40,000 nt of DNA from Desulfobulbaceae bacterium (GCA_963678525.2 CAXXDG010000002.1:890960-930959), one strand, 5' to 3'; shown: positions 17,909 through 26,392, numbered from the stretch's first letter. Notes: generated from the letters alone by a model not told the origin. Made by a program: numbers and translations.

Positions 17909-17951
17909 CCGGCATGTATGCGGGGCTTTTGTTCTGGAGCATACATGCCGG
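17909..17951. terminator. Bidirectional hairpin between convergent IHF/HU and tape-measure genes
   Basis: Perfect 13-bp stem CCGGCATGTATGC / GCATACATGCCGG with a 17-nt loop. No strong T tract. Confidence 0.5.
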
Positions 17952-17972
17952 TAAGAATGTGTGTAAGTGTTC

Positions 17973-20639
17973 TTACCTTGCCCCTGACCAGTGGAATTCA
18001 TTAATTGCTTTCAGTACGGTGCGGGCAATATTATTTGCATCCGCCCTGCTGGTCATAAATCCGCCGACCTTAAGGTTTACCGTGTTATTGACAACCTGGC
18101 GGCCTGTTTGTGCTGCCGCTGTGGCCTGGCCGCCTTGCTGAAATTTTTGGATCCCTTGAGGATTGAGTACCATGGTATTGTTTATAAGACCGCCTGTGCG
18201 TGCCCTGAGAAGTTCCATGGAGTTTAGCTGCAGGGCATTGAGGGCTTGGAAATAGGCTGCGCCGTATTTGCGTACTGCCTCTTTGCGGATAACGAATTCA
18301 CCGGCCTCCAGGAGGGCAGGGATCCGGTCCCCTCCGCCATAGCCTGAAAGTTTTCCTCCTGATCTCAGTTTGTGAACCATGCCACCTGTTGCTTTGGCCG
18401 CTACTTCCTGCACCTTGACGTTTATTTGGTAATCCCTGTTGACCAGGTCGTTCAGTTTTTGCTGGAGGTCATCAACAGAGTCTGAGCCGCCTTTCAGGAA
18501 ATCGTTCCAGGTTTTATTCCAGGCTTTATTGAAGTCAGTTGCTGTCTCCTTCAAGGCTTCTGCCTCTTTACTTATAGCCCCAAATTCTTCAGCCAGCTTG
18601 CCGCCTGTTTGATCGTCCAAGGCCTGGGCTGCCTCCTCGGCTGCTGCTTTCTGTTGCTGTAATATTTCTGTGGCCAGCTTTCCTGCCTGTTCCACCCCGG
18701 CCATGGCTGTTTTGAGCGCGGTCTGCTGGCTTATAATGGTATTGTCGTTTACCTTGACTTCGTTGTTAAGGTCTGCATAAGCTGTTTTGGCCATGTCAGC
18801 ATATTTAATTGCCGTGCTGAAGTCGCCGGACTGGGCCGCCTTCTTGGCTGCAGTTTCGTATTCCTGGGCCTCTCTTTTGCGATCCTGCCAGGCGCTGTAG
18901 TCATCCATGCCGGTCCTGGACATGGAGCGGAGCTGTTCCTGCAGGGACCGTTCCCTGTTGACGATTTCATCCTGCAGCCTAGTTATCTCGCTGACGTATG
19001 TCTGGTACTGCTGTTTCAACTTTTCCAGCTTTTCCTTACCGAGTTGAACCTCTTGGTCGGCTGTCTGTTTGGCCTTGGTTCCGACCTTGTTATAGGCTGT
19101 TTCCGCCACCTCGCCATAATCATTCATGGCGCTTTCGATCTGTTCCAGTCTCGTCCTTGCTGCAGCCAGTTCCACTTCGGCCTGGCGAGCTTCATTGGTC
19201 ATGCCGCCAAATATGGTTCTATCTTTGGATTTGAGGTAGAGGTCCTGTACAATGGCAGACTGGTGTTTGAAGGCTCCTATGAGTTGATTTTCATAGGCTC
19301 GGAGTTCGGTGGTGCTCTTGGCGAATAAGCTTTCTTTGCTTTCCGGTTGAAAATAAGCAAACTGCCTGAATTTAGCGGCGGTAATGTCCAGCTCGTGCTG
19401 CAGCTCGCGCAAGGCTATTTCTGTAGGCTCTGTCCATTCATAGAGCTTGGTGCCAATGGCCATGCCTGCTATCAGGGCGAGGGTTGCCCCTGCTGCTGCT
19501 CCCAATGCTGCGCTTGCAGTAAGTGCGGCAGCTCCGGATCCGGTAAGGGCGACATTCAGGCTGCCAAGGTAACGAATAAGGCGCATGCCTGTCATAGCCA
19601 TCATGGCGGCGTTGAGCCCCTGCCATGCGCCGGTAAGTATGACTACTGCTTTGTGTACGGTTAACAGGGCGGCCGAACCCAGGCCGAGTTTTACTGCAAG
19701 TTCTCCATGATTGACGGCGGCATTGAGAACAGCTTCAGCCATGGTGAAAAAGCGGTTGGAGAGGGTTACTATCTTGTCTTGAAGGTTTGGGTCGGATAAG
19801 GCTGCGGTGAAATCTGTAATTTTCCCGGTGACGGTATCAAGAAAGCCTGACTTTGAGACGGTGGTAGCAAGGTCGAACCAGGCGTTCTTGAATTTATTGA
19901 TAGCGGCCTGGGCGCTGTTGCTTGCATCCAGTGCGGCCTGGCCGAATTTGTTGTGAAGCACCTCTGAAAGTTTGGGGATGAAGTCTGTGGAAACGATCTG
20001 GCCTGCTGATATCAGGCCGAACAGTTCTTCTGTGCTTGTGCCTACGGCTTTTGCAAAGTCCTGAAAGCCGACCCCAGGGAGGGCCTCTGCGATCGTTTTT
20101 AGATCTTCCAGTTCAAACCTGCCGCGGCTTATTCCCTGGGAGATCTGGGCAAAGGTCCGGTTGATTTCGTCACCGGATGCGCCTACAGCAGCGGCGGTTT
20201 CTGATACAGCCCTGAACAGATCGCGCGTTGCCGCTCCTTCAATGTCTGTGCCCTGGCTGGCAGCAATGAGCCCCCTGTATGCTGTGGCAGCTGACTGGAA
20301 TTCTATCCCAAGCTGGTTGGATGTTTCTTTCAGGTATTCAAGTTCAGATCTGGCTGCAGCCGAACTGCCGGTGATTGATTGAAAACTCTTCTGCAGGTTG
20401 TCGAATGCCAGGCCTGCGTCAAATACGCTTTTGGTGAATGCTGCCGCCGATACTCCACCAAAGAGACCGGCAAGCTTGGAGGGTAAGCCTAACAGGCTGT
20501 TGTTGAGTGCCCTGGAATGATTCAGGCTCGACTGGATGCTCTTGTCAAAAGTGTCGAATCCTTTGTACGCATTCTTGATGCCCTTGTTAAAGGCGGTCGG
20601 GTCGATGGAGAGTATAAAGTCTATTTCTTTCTTGCCCAT
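17973..20639 (-). CDS. Phage tail tape measure protein
   Basis: 888 aa. N-terminal tape-measure block (RGRFELEDLKTIAEALPGVGFQDFAKAVGTSTEELFGLISAGQIVSTDF), a hydrophobic Ala/Gly-rich centre and long coiled coils. The C-terminal GGDRIPALLEAGEFVIRKEAV motif is typical of TMPs. Confidence 0.85.
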   Translation of the reverse strand: MGKKEIDFILSIDPTAFNKGIKNAYKGFDTFDKSIQSSLNHSRALNNSLLGLPSKLAGLFGGVSAAAFTKSVFDAGLAFDNLQKSFQSITGSSAAARSELEYLKETSNQLGIEFQSAATAYRGLIAASQGTDIEGAATRDLFRAVSETAAAVGASGDEINRTFAQISQGISRGRFELEDLKTIAEALPGVGFQDFAKAVGTSTEELFGLISAGQIVSTDFIPKLSEVLHNKFGQAALDASNSAQAAINKFKNAWFDLATTVSKSGFLDTVTGKITDFTAALSDPNLQDKIVTLSNRFFTMAEAVLNAAVNHGELAVKLGLGSAALLTVHKAVVILTGAWQGLNAAMMAMTGMRLIRYLGSLNVALTGSGAAALTASAALGAAAGATLALIAGMAIGTKLYEWTEPTEIALRELQHELDITAAKFRQFAYFQPESKESLFAKSTTELRAYENQLIGAFKHQSAIVQDLYLKSKDRTIFGGMTNEARQAEVELAAARTRLEQIESAMNDYGEVAETAYNKVGTKAKQTADQEVQLGKEKLEKLKQQYQTYVSEITRLQDEIVNRERSLQEQLRSMSRTGMDDYSAWQDRKREAQEYETAAKKAAQSGDFSTAIKYADMAKTAYADLNNEVKVNDNTIISQQTALKTAMAGVEQAGKLATEILQQQKAAAEEAAQALDDQTGGKLAEEFGAISKEAEALKETATDFNKAWNKTWNDFLKGGSDSVDDLQQKLNDLVNRDYQINVKVQEVAAKATGGMVHKLRSGGKLSGYGGGDRIPALLEAGEFVIRKEAVRKYGAAYFQALNALQLNSMELLRARTGGLINNTMVLNPQGIQKFQQGGQATAAAQTGRQVVNNTVNLKVGGFMTSRADANNIARTVLKAINEFHWSGAR

Positions 20640-20738
20640 GGTTTTTCCTTGGTTGTGGGGGCAGTTCTCTACACCAGGCTACATGCTGACGCCTGGTGTA
20701 TGTTGGTGGTCAGGTTGTTGGTGCAGGTGTATTGGCTG

Positions 20739-21017
20739 TTATTTTGCGGCGTTGTTGGCCTGCTCGATGGCTTTCATGTAAAAGCTCAGTCCATACTGAA
20801 AGATGTTATGGTGACCTATCATGGCCAGCTGCAGGCAGTTGTAATCAATTGTGGCCAGGGTTTTCTTGGTCTTTGCCTTGATGTGTTTTTTTTCTTTATC
20901 GCGATACTGTTTCAGGGCTGCCTCGAATAACCCGGGATCCTTTAACCGGTCTATTTCTGTAATATACTCTGGTAGGCTTCGACCCTCTTCTTGATGGTCG
21001 AAGCTAAGTGAGGGTTT
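20739..21017 (-). CDS. Predicted -1 frameshift extension of the tail assembly chaperone (gpGT-like)
   Basis: The -1 frame stays open for 112 codons across the chaperone stop and has no ATG/GTG/TTG start until the last 27 codons. It reads as plausible protein (EYITEIDRLKDPGLFEAALKQYRDKEKKHIKAKTKK...). An X_XXY_YYZ heptamer A_AAC_CCT lies at 21011-21017 in the zero frame. Confidence 0.5.
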   Translation of the reverse strand, partial: KPSLSFDHQEEGRSLPEYITEIDRLKDPGLFEAALKQYRDKEKKHIKAKTKKTLATIDYNCLQLAMIGHHNIFQYGLSFYMKAIEQANNAAK

Positions 21018-21262
21018 ATATCTGCCACTGCCTCCGCAAGTTTCTGCACCTCTGAAGGGTAGGCGGCGTTCATCTGATCAATGGTGACCCCGCTTGATTG
21101 GGTGACAATACTCATAGGGAGATATCCGTCGATGAGTTCGTCCAGAAAATCAAGCTCGGTATCGTCTCCGATCTGGCTGAAAAATTCCCGTACCTCTTTC
21201 ACAGTGAGCTCGTTCACCGTGATCTTCTCGCCCCATAAATCAATTTGTTTGGATAAAAACAT
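20951..21262 (-). CDS. Phage tail assembly chaperone (gpG-like)
   Basis: 103-aa acidic ORF immediately upstream of the tape measure gene. This is the canonical position and size, and an overlapping -1 frame is present. Confidence 0.65.
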   Translation of the reverse strand: MFLSKQIDLWGEKITVNELTVKEVREFFSQIGDDTELDFLDELIDGYLPMSIVTQSSGVTIDQMNAAYPSEVQKLAEAVADINPHLASTIKKRVEAYQSILQK

Positions 21263-21312
21263 GGTTGTACCTCATGTATGAATGGTTGTTTTTGGTGTGG
21301 TGTCTGTTGTAT

Positions 21313-21786
21313 TCACCGCGTTGTTACGTGTAGCAATGCGCGTATGAGTTTTGTTATTGCGGTGAATTCATCAACTATATGCTCATCTGGTATCTGTGGA
21401 GGATGCTCGTACCATTTTTCAATAGCTTCAATTGTGCCGTCAGGACGACCGTCTGCATCTGCTCTTTCTTTGCATGTTCGCTCTCCTGGGTCGATGATTG
21501 TGAATTTTGCACCAGCGCTTATATAGTCATCAATAAACGTTTTAGACGGATTTGTATGGATGATCCATGCATTACTACCAATTCCACTTTTGATTGTGTT
21601 AATTGCTGTATATCGGCATTGAAGCGCAATCGTCCTAATGCTGCCGTCTGCGCCGTGTGATTCTCTCGCTCCTAATGCAAAAGCGATCTTGTCGAAATCA
21701 ACCAGGACCTCGCCGTCATTCGAGTTTGCTTCAATGTAAGTTGATTTCCCAGCGCACGGCGGTCCAACGATAATGTTAATGTCCAT
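21313..21786 (-). CDS. P-loop NTPase / kinase-like protein
   Basis: 157 aa. Walker A IIVGPPCAGKST at the N-terminus. Size and layout resemble small AAA_33/polynucleotide-kinase-like phage proteins. Confidence 0.65.
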   Translation of the reverse strand: MDINIIVGPPCAGKSTYIEANSNDGEVLVDFDKIAFALGARESHGADGSIRTIALQCRYTAINTIKSGIGSNAWIIHTNPSKTFIDDYISAGAKFTIIDPGERTCKERADADGRPDGTIEAIEKWYEHPPQIPDEHIVDEFTAITKLIRALLHVTTR

Positions 21787-21843
21787 AAATTGTCCTATTA
21801 ATAAGTTGATTGGCCTTATCAGGGAGTGGATGAGTGCAGCTGT

Positions 21844-22173
21844 TCATGGCGGCCTGGCTGCCTGTGGATGCCAGAAAAACTTACGGGCGCGATAAGTTTC
21901 AATGGGGGGTGTTTGTTGGCTGCTGCTGTCTTGTGTGCCTGGTGATGTTCTTTGCCCTTGCTGTCCTTGTCCCCGCTCCCCTTGGATCCGAAACAATGGG
22001 GTGGTAAAGATGATTGACTGCATCACAGACCGCGCCGAGCCCTGTCGTTTTCGGGCGACCATGGCAGACCCAGGGGGCCATGAAATCTCTACGACCCTTA
22101 GGCGTATAACCGGTCTGCAGAATAACGTACGCGCCGGCAAAATTGGAGATGGGGGTGTTAAATACGTACTCAT
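21844..22173 (-). pseudogene. Unassigned coding-like region, possibly a frameshifted gene remnant
   Basis: The only ATG-initiated ORF (109 aa) is low-complexity. A second minus frame without a start codon reads more protein-like (EYVFNTPISNFAGAYVILQTGYTPKGRRDFMAPWVCHGRPKTTGLGAVCDAVNHLYHPIVSDPRG). Confidence 0.25.
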
Positions 22174-22199
22174 AACTACTTGATATTATAGTTAATTAT

Positions 22200-22808
22200 T
22201 CAAAAAGGAAAAGCAGTCTGCTTTACTGTTTTTCCGTTATTCTGGAAGGAAAAAATAATCTCTCCCCTGGATCCCAGAGAGAAGGTCGCTCCCTCTCTGA
22301 TCCAAACCGATAGCCAAGCCACGCCCCATTTCCCATAGGGCCACTTGAACTTTCCTCTCCTGACCAGGGCGGCCATGGTCCAGCCTGCAGACAGAAGTTG
22401 AGCCTTATTTTCTTTGATCCATGGCCAGGCCACTGCAAATGCTTGCTGCTGCAGCTCCCCGGCACGGTCCATGGGCTTTGGTCCTGGGATCTGATCGTCA
22501 CCGGCTGCTGCTTTGGTGGTTATCCGCTCAGGCTTGTTCTTGCCGGTGGCTTCCACGAGGTGTCCTTCGATTCCTGGCTGGCAGGTTTTGCAGTAAAAAC
22601 CGCCTGCATTGCCATGCACAAAGGATGTTCCCTGGCAGATCGGGCAGGGGAAAAGAAAGGAAAGTCGTTCTGGTTTCCGTTTCTGTCTCGGCTTTTTTGG
22701 TAGTTTTGCCTGTTTGGGGACATACTTTTTCCTGGTTTGCGCTGGATCCGGCGTGTTTTTCTGCCCTGGTGAGGGCGAAATTTGCTCGAGTTGATCAAAA
22801 AGGCTCAT
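22200..22808 (-). CDS. Zinc-ribbon protein, function unknown
   Basis: 202 aa. Basic N-terminus, then CPICQG...CKTCQPG (4-Cys ribbon) and a Trp-rich C-terminal domain. It is the first gene downstream of the origin region. Confidence 0.65.
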   Translation of the reverse strand: MSLFDQLEQISPSPGQKNTPDPAQTRKKYVPKQAKLPKKPRQKRKPERLSFLFPCPICQGTSFVHGNAGGFYCKTCQPGIEGHLVEATGKNKPERITTKAAAGDDQIPGPKPMDRAGELQQQAFAVAWPWIKENKAQLLSAGWTMAALVRRGKFKWPYGKWGVAWLSVWIREGATFSLGSRGEIIFSFQNNGKTVKQTAFPF

Positions 22809-22877
22809 AACTCGTATGAATTTCTCTGCTGTTTTTGCTCATTTTGAAGGTCGAAATTGCTCAAAACCTGGCGTTTA

Positions 22878-23215
22878 GCTGTCACCAGGAGGTGGAAAAT
22901 AGCGGTTTTGCTGTCACCAATTGCCATTCAGCTGTCACCAAATTGAAGTGAAAATTTTAAGCGCGACCTACTTAATACTATATAACTATATAATATTATT
23001 ATATATGTTATATACAGAGGTTGCTATCTGGTGACAGTGGTTACAGTGGTGACACCTGTTTTTTACGCGCGTGAGAGTTGTTCTCTTTTTTCAGTAAACT
23101 CTTTTTCTATTAAGGGGAAAATGCTGTCACCACTGTAACCACTGTCACCAGTGACCTAATTACAACGAGTTAACACTGTCACCACGATTTTTTTTCAGTG
23201 TAACCACTGTCACCA
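22878..23215. promoter_or_regulatory. Replication origin candidate: 9-bp iterons CTGT(C/A)ACCA flanking an AT-rich unwinding element
   Basis: There are 12 copies. Direct copies start at 22879, 22911 and 22932. Inverted tandem TGGTGACAG/TGGTTACAG/TGGTGACAC spans 23029-23055. Direct tandem copies span 23124-23150, with further copies at 23176, 23198 (GTGTAACCA) and 23207. Nearly pure A/T sequence lies at 22971-23016. Confidence 0.7.
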
Positions 23216-25842
23216 GGATCTGGCTCGGTTGCTTCATCGGGAGTGCCTAGGTTGTTTTGGTGCCACTTAAGGTCGAAAACCCATACTCTTCTTTGTTTGG
23301 GTCTCCCTGATTTGTCAGTTTCTGGGTCATCGGGGAAACGGTAGGCATAGCTGTTTTTGACGTATGATGGATGAGCTTGCAGGGCCTTGGCGAGTTGCTC
23401 GTTTACCTGAAAGTTCAGTCCTTTGTTCTTTAAGAGGTTCTCAACTCTGGGTAGATTGACGAGTATTCTGTTTTTTTCAGAGTCAAGATGATAGGCAGTA
23501 GCCGCCTTATCGTCCGGGAGAGTGTCCAGCAGCTCGAAAAAATAATCTGCGGTGGTTGTTTGTCGGATAGCTGAGGTAATGCATTTCTGGCGGCAGATAT
23601 CTCTGAAGTAATCAGTAACCGCCTGGTCCTGCTTGATAGAATACAGGCTACAAAAAAGGCGGTGAAATGCCAGAATGAGTGCATGGTTATCCAGTATCCT
23701 TCTTTCTGGCATGGGGGATAGGTCTGTTCTGGCTTTTTTCCATTCTTCGGTCCAGTTTGACTCAAAGTGCTTGCGATTCATCAATACATTTTGAATGAGT
23801 CCGGCCAGGATTGGCTTGTCCATGTTCGTTAGCTTTTCGTAAGCTACCCGGGAATTGTCGGTTAGGTCTTCGGCTTTAAAATGAAGGGAAATTACGCGCT
23901 GGCGCTCGGCTTTTGAATTGAACGGCTCGGTATTTTGACAAAATAGAAGCGCCCCAAGAAAGGGGTTTTCCTTGGTTTGTAAGTCGGCGCTGAATGTTGC
24001 CTGCACTTGCAATGGGCCTCGATTATAGGCCGTCAAAATGATGCTATAGTCAAACCCTCGCTCGTTACGCTCGTTATCCTCAAGCAGGGCGGTAAACAGT
24101 CCACTGAGTTGGCCAATGGTTCGTATGCTTCCTTTTTTAGAATTGAGCTGGGTAACAGGCAGGCCTTCACCGTCTCGCCCCTGGATGGCGTTCAGTAGCG
24201 TTACTAAAGCGCTTTTCCCTGATGCTGGATCCCCGTGTAAGCTGAGAAAAGGGAAAAAATTGCACTCTGCCTTTATTTGATTCACGAAAAAACTTGAAAG
24301 TACCAAGGAAAAGGCAGAAATCCCGTTCAGGCCCCATGCGTCATGCAGCAGAGTATATATTTCTTTGACCTGAGATTTGTTGATTGTTGCAGGGGAAATG
24401 GCCTTGCCGGCGCCATGAACCGGCGGCCGGTAAGATTGGTTGTAGGCTATTCGAAAGTGTCCCCGTTTGTCTGGCAGGAAAAGCTTGCCTTCTGGACCCA
24501 CGCCCCAGTCGTGGAAGATATAACTGTCGTTTTCAGGCTGATATCCGATAACCTGGGCCTGGCATACCTCAGGTGCTGACTGGTCACTGGTGATCTTGGT
24601 TTGAAATGCAGTGGCCGCCCTTGGGTTGCCTTCCCAGTTTATTTTAGCCCGAGAAAGAAAAAACTCGTTTATGGATCGTGAGTTGACCAGGTTGGTCCCC
24701 GTGGCGGTAACCTCGATCTGCTTTCCTTTTGGTGGTTGTACAATGAGGTTGTAAAGATATTCTGGCTGTGCTGGGTTGGCTTTGTTGATCAGGTAACTGT
24801 TCACCCGAACTGTGGCTCTCAAGCAGCGCTCTACATCAAGAAATGGCGTGTCGTTGCCTTTCTGTTTCTTTAATGCGCTGTAATAGGTTGAGCCTTGAAA
24901 ATTGAACAGTCCTGGGGCTCGATGATAAAATTCGTTATAAATTTCCGCCCACTCAGTGGAGGTCTTGGCCAAGGCCAATTCTCCATTGTGTTTAAAACGG
25001 GGAAGGGAACGCTGAAAGTATTTTCTGGCGTCCTCCAGTGAGCTGGAAGAAGCCAGGAGGTCGTTCCAGTCTTTACCTGGATCACACAAATAGACTTCTG
25101 CTTCTGGATAAACTGCCGACCATTTGGCACAAGCACGATGGCCGGCAGGATCATTATCAAAAGCAAGCACCTTATTTTTAAATTCTGACAAGTCTACCTT
25201 GTGCGGATCCTGGCCGCTTGATATCACAGCAATGGCTTGGTAACCAAGCTCTATTAGGGATATAGCGTCGATAATCCCTTCTACGGCCCATACTTTTTTT
25301 TCTGGATCATAGGTAAAGCCTGGGTGGCGGTAGAAAATTGATTTCGGGCTATTAATATTGTGTGTTTTCCCCTCACCTGGTGGTGGGGAAAACAGTCTCC
25401 CATTTAGGATCTCTTTGCCCTTGCTATCCTTGCCTATAGGAAACATGACAGCGCCGGATCCTGTGTTTCTCACATTCTTGAGATAACGAAAATCAAGGCC
25501 ATCAAGTGTCTTGTTGATTCCCCTGGACTTAAGGTATTCCCGGGCAGGCTTGTGGGGATCGTTTTTCGTGGCCGGAAAGTCCTTTTCGACGTTCCCTTTC
25601 AGTTCAGGAAAAAGCTCAAGTGTTTTCGTGCTGGTGCCACAGTTCGAAAGCCTGTTACAGTTAATCGCCATGGGGCTTTGTTGGTACGCCCATGCGCTCT
25701 TGTCCCCACATGCTGGACAGGTGAGTCCTTGGATGCTATTTCCGTTACACCTGGTATGCCTGTTCCAATAGGGTGACTGTTTGAGGCGATCGAGGATTTT
25801 GTTGGTTAGGCCTTGCAACGCTTTACCTCCAGGTTGTTTCAT
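23179..25842 (-). CDS. Zn-finger / Toprim primase fused to P-loop helicase (P4 alpha / PICI Pri-Rep analogue)
   Basis: 887 aa. N-terminal CPACGDKSAWAYQQ...NCNRLSNCG zinc finger. Toprim block VWAVEGIIDAISL...VLAFDNDPAGHRA. Walker A LHGDPASGKSAL. The C-terminal domain abuts the iterons. Confidence 0.85.
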   Translation of the reverse strand: MKQPGGKALQGLTNKILDRLKQSPYWNRHTRCNGNSIQGLTCPACGDKSAWAYQQSPMAINCNRLSNCGTSTKTLELFPELKGNVEKDFPATKNDPHKPAREYLKSRGINKTLDGLDFRYLKNVRNTGSGAVMFPIGKDSKGKEILNGRLFSPPPGEGKTHNINSPKSIFYRHPGFTYDPEKKVWAVEGIIDAISLIELGYQAIAVISSGQDPHKVDLSEFKNKVLAFDNDPAGHRACAKWSAVYPEAEVYLCDPGKDWNDLLASSSSLEDARKYFQRSLPRFKHNGELALAKTSTEWAEIYNEFYHRAPGLFNFQGSTYYSALKKQKGNDTPFLDVERCLRATVRVNSYLINKANPAQPEYLYNLIVQPPKGKQIEVTATGTNLVNSRSINEFFLSRAKINWEGNPRAATAFQTKITSDQSAPEVCQAQVIGYQPENDSYIFHDWGVGPEGKLFLPDKRGHFRIAYNQSYRPPVHGAGKAISPATINKSQVKEIYTLLHDAWGLNGISAFSLVLSSFFVNQIKAECNFFPFLSLHGDPASGKSALVTLLNAIQGRDGEGLPVTQLNSKKGSIRTIGQLSGLFTALLEDNERNERGFDYSIILTAYNRGPLQVQATFSADLQTKENPFLGALLFCQNTEPFNSKAERQRVISLHFKAEDLTDNSRVAYEKLTNMDKPILAGLIQNVLMNRKHFESNWTEEWKKARTDLSPMPERRILDNHALILAFHRLFCSLYSIKQDQAVTDYFRDICRQKCITSAIRQTTTADYFFELLDTLPDDKAATAYHLDSEKNRILVNLPRVENLLKNKGLNFQVNEQLAKALQAHPSYVKNSYAYRFPDDPETDKSGRPKQRRVWVFDLKWHQNNLGTPDEATEPDPGDSGYTEKKSW

Positions 25843-26120
25843 GCGACTTTGTGCCGATAAACACGATAGCTTTCGTTTTTTGCCGTTAGGTCTATTTCTT
25901 TATCTTCTTTATAGATGAGTTTTACGCGGAGGGTATTGTCGGGTGTTTCTTTGATCAAAATGCATTCAAGACCTTCTTGATCGCCATGGATTTTCTGTGC
26001 CCTTTTATAGCCACGTGGTGTGAAAATATCGGCTTTGCCTTCACGATAACGAGAAATAAAGGCTTCCTTGGTATTGTGAAACAGCAGGGCGTCTACCTCT
26101 TCGTATTTGTCCTTTTTCAT
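25839..26120 (-). CDS. Hypothetical small protein (93 aa)
   Basis: ATG at 26120 lies 17 nt after the alpA stop; the longer track start would overlap alpA. Its stop overlaps the primase start (ATGA). Confidence 0.55.
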   Translation of the reverse strand: MKKDKYEEVDALLFHNTKEAFISRYREGKADIFTPRGYKRAQKIHGDQEGLECILIKETPDNTLRVKLIYKEDKEIDLTAKNESYRVYRHKVA

Positions 26121-26137
26121 ATTTATGCCTTTATTGA

Positions 26138-26392
26138 TCAGTTTGCTTTTGGCAGGTTGTCTATCCAAGTCATGACTTCGCTTAATCTCCATACCCGGCT
26201 TTTTGGCCCTGAGAGGTATCCTGGCGGGAACGTTCCGTCTTTTATCATGCTATAAATGCTTGATTTTTTACGTGAAAGAATGGCTTCCAGCTGCGTCATG
26301 TTTATTAGACGTTCCTCAATACCGGGAAGAATTGCGGCTTTTTGTGAGTTTTCGAGTGTCTGTTTGATTAATGCGGTTGCGGTTTCGCTCAT
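26138..26392 (-). CDS. alpA: AlpA-family (MerR-like HTH_17) excisionase/transcriptional regulator
   Basis: MTQLEAILSRKKSSIYSMIKDGTFPPGYLSGPKSRVWRLSEVMTWI matches the AlpA/Xis HTH pattern. ATG at 26392 lies 8 nt after GGAGGG (the track start is a TTG). Confidence 0.8.
   Translation of the reverse strand: MSETATALIKQTLENSQKAAILPGIEERLINMTQLEAILSRKKSSIYSMIKDGTFPPGYLSGPKSRVWRLSEVMTWIDNLPKAN

Noticed and set aside
20517-20930. 137-, 81- and 61-aa plus-strand ORFs between the tape measure and chaperone genes.
   Set aside because: They are hydrophobic and low-complexity. The opposite strand carries a start-less, protein-like -1 frame continuous with the chaperone gene, which fits phage gene organisation.
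22878-23215. Repeated CTGTCACCA units considered as a possible CRISPR array.
   Set aside because: The units are only 9 bp, partly tandem and partly inverted, with irregular spacing and no spacers of uniform length. There are no cas genes. Origin iterons fit better.
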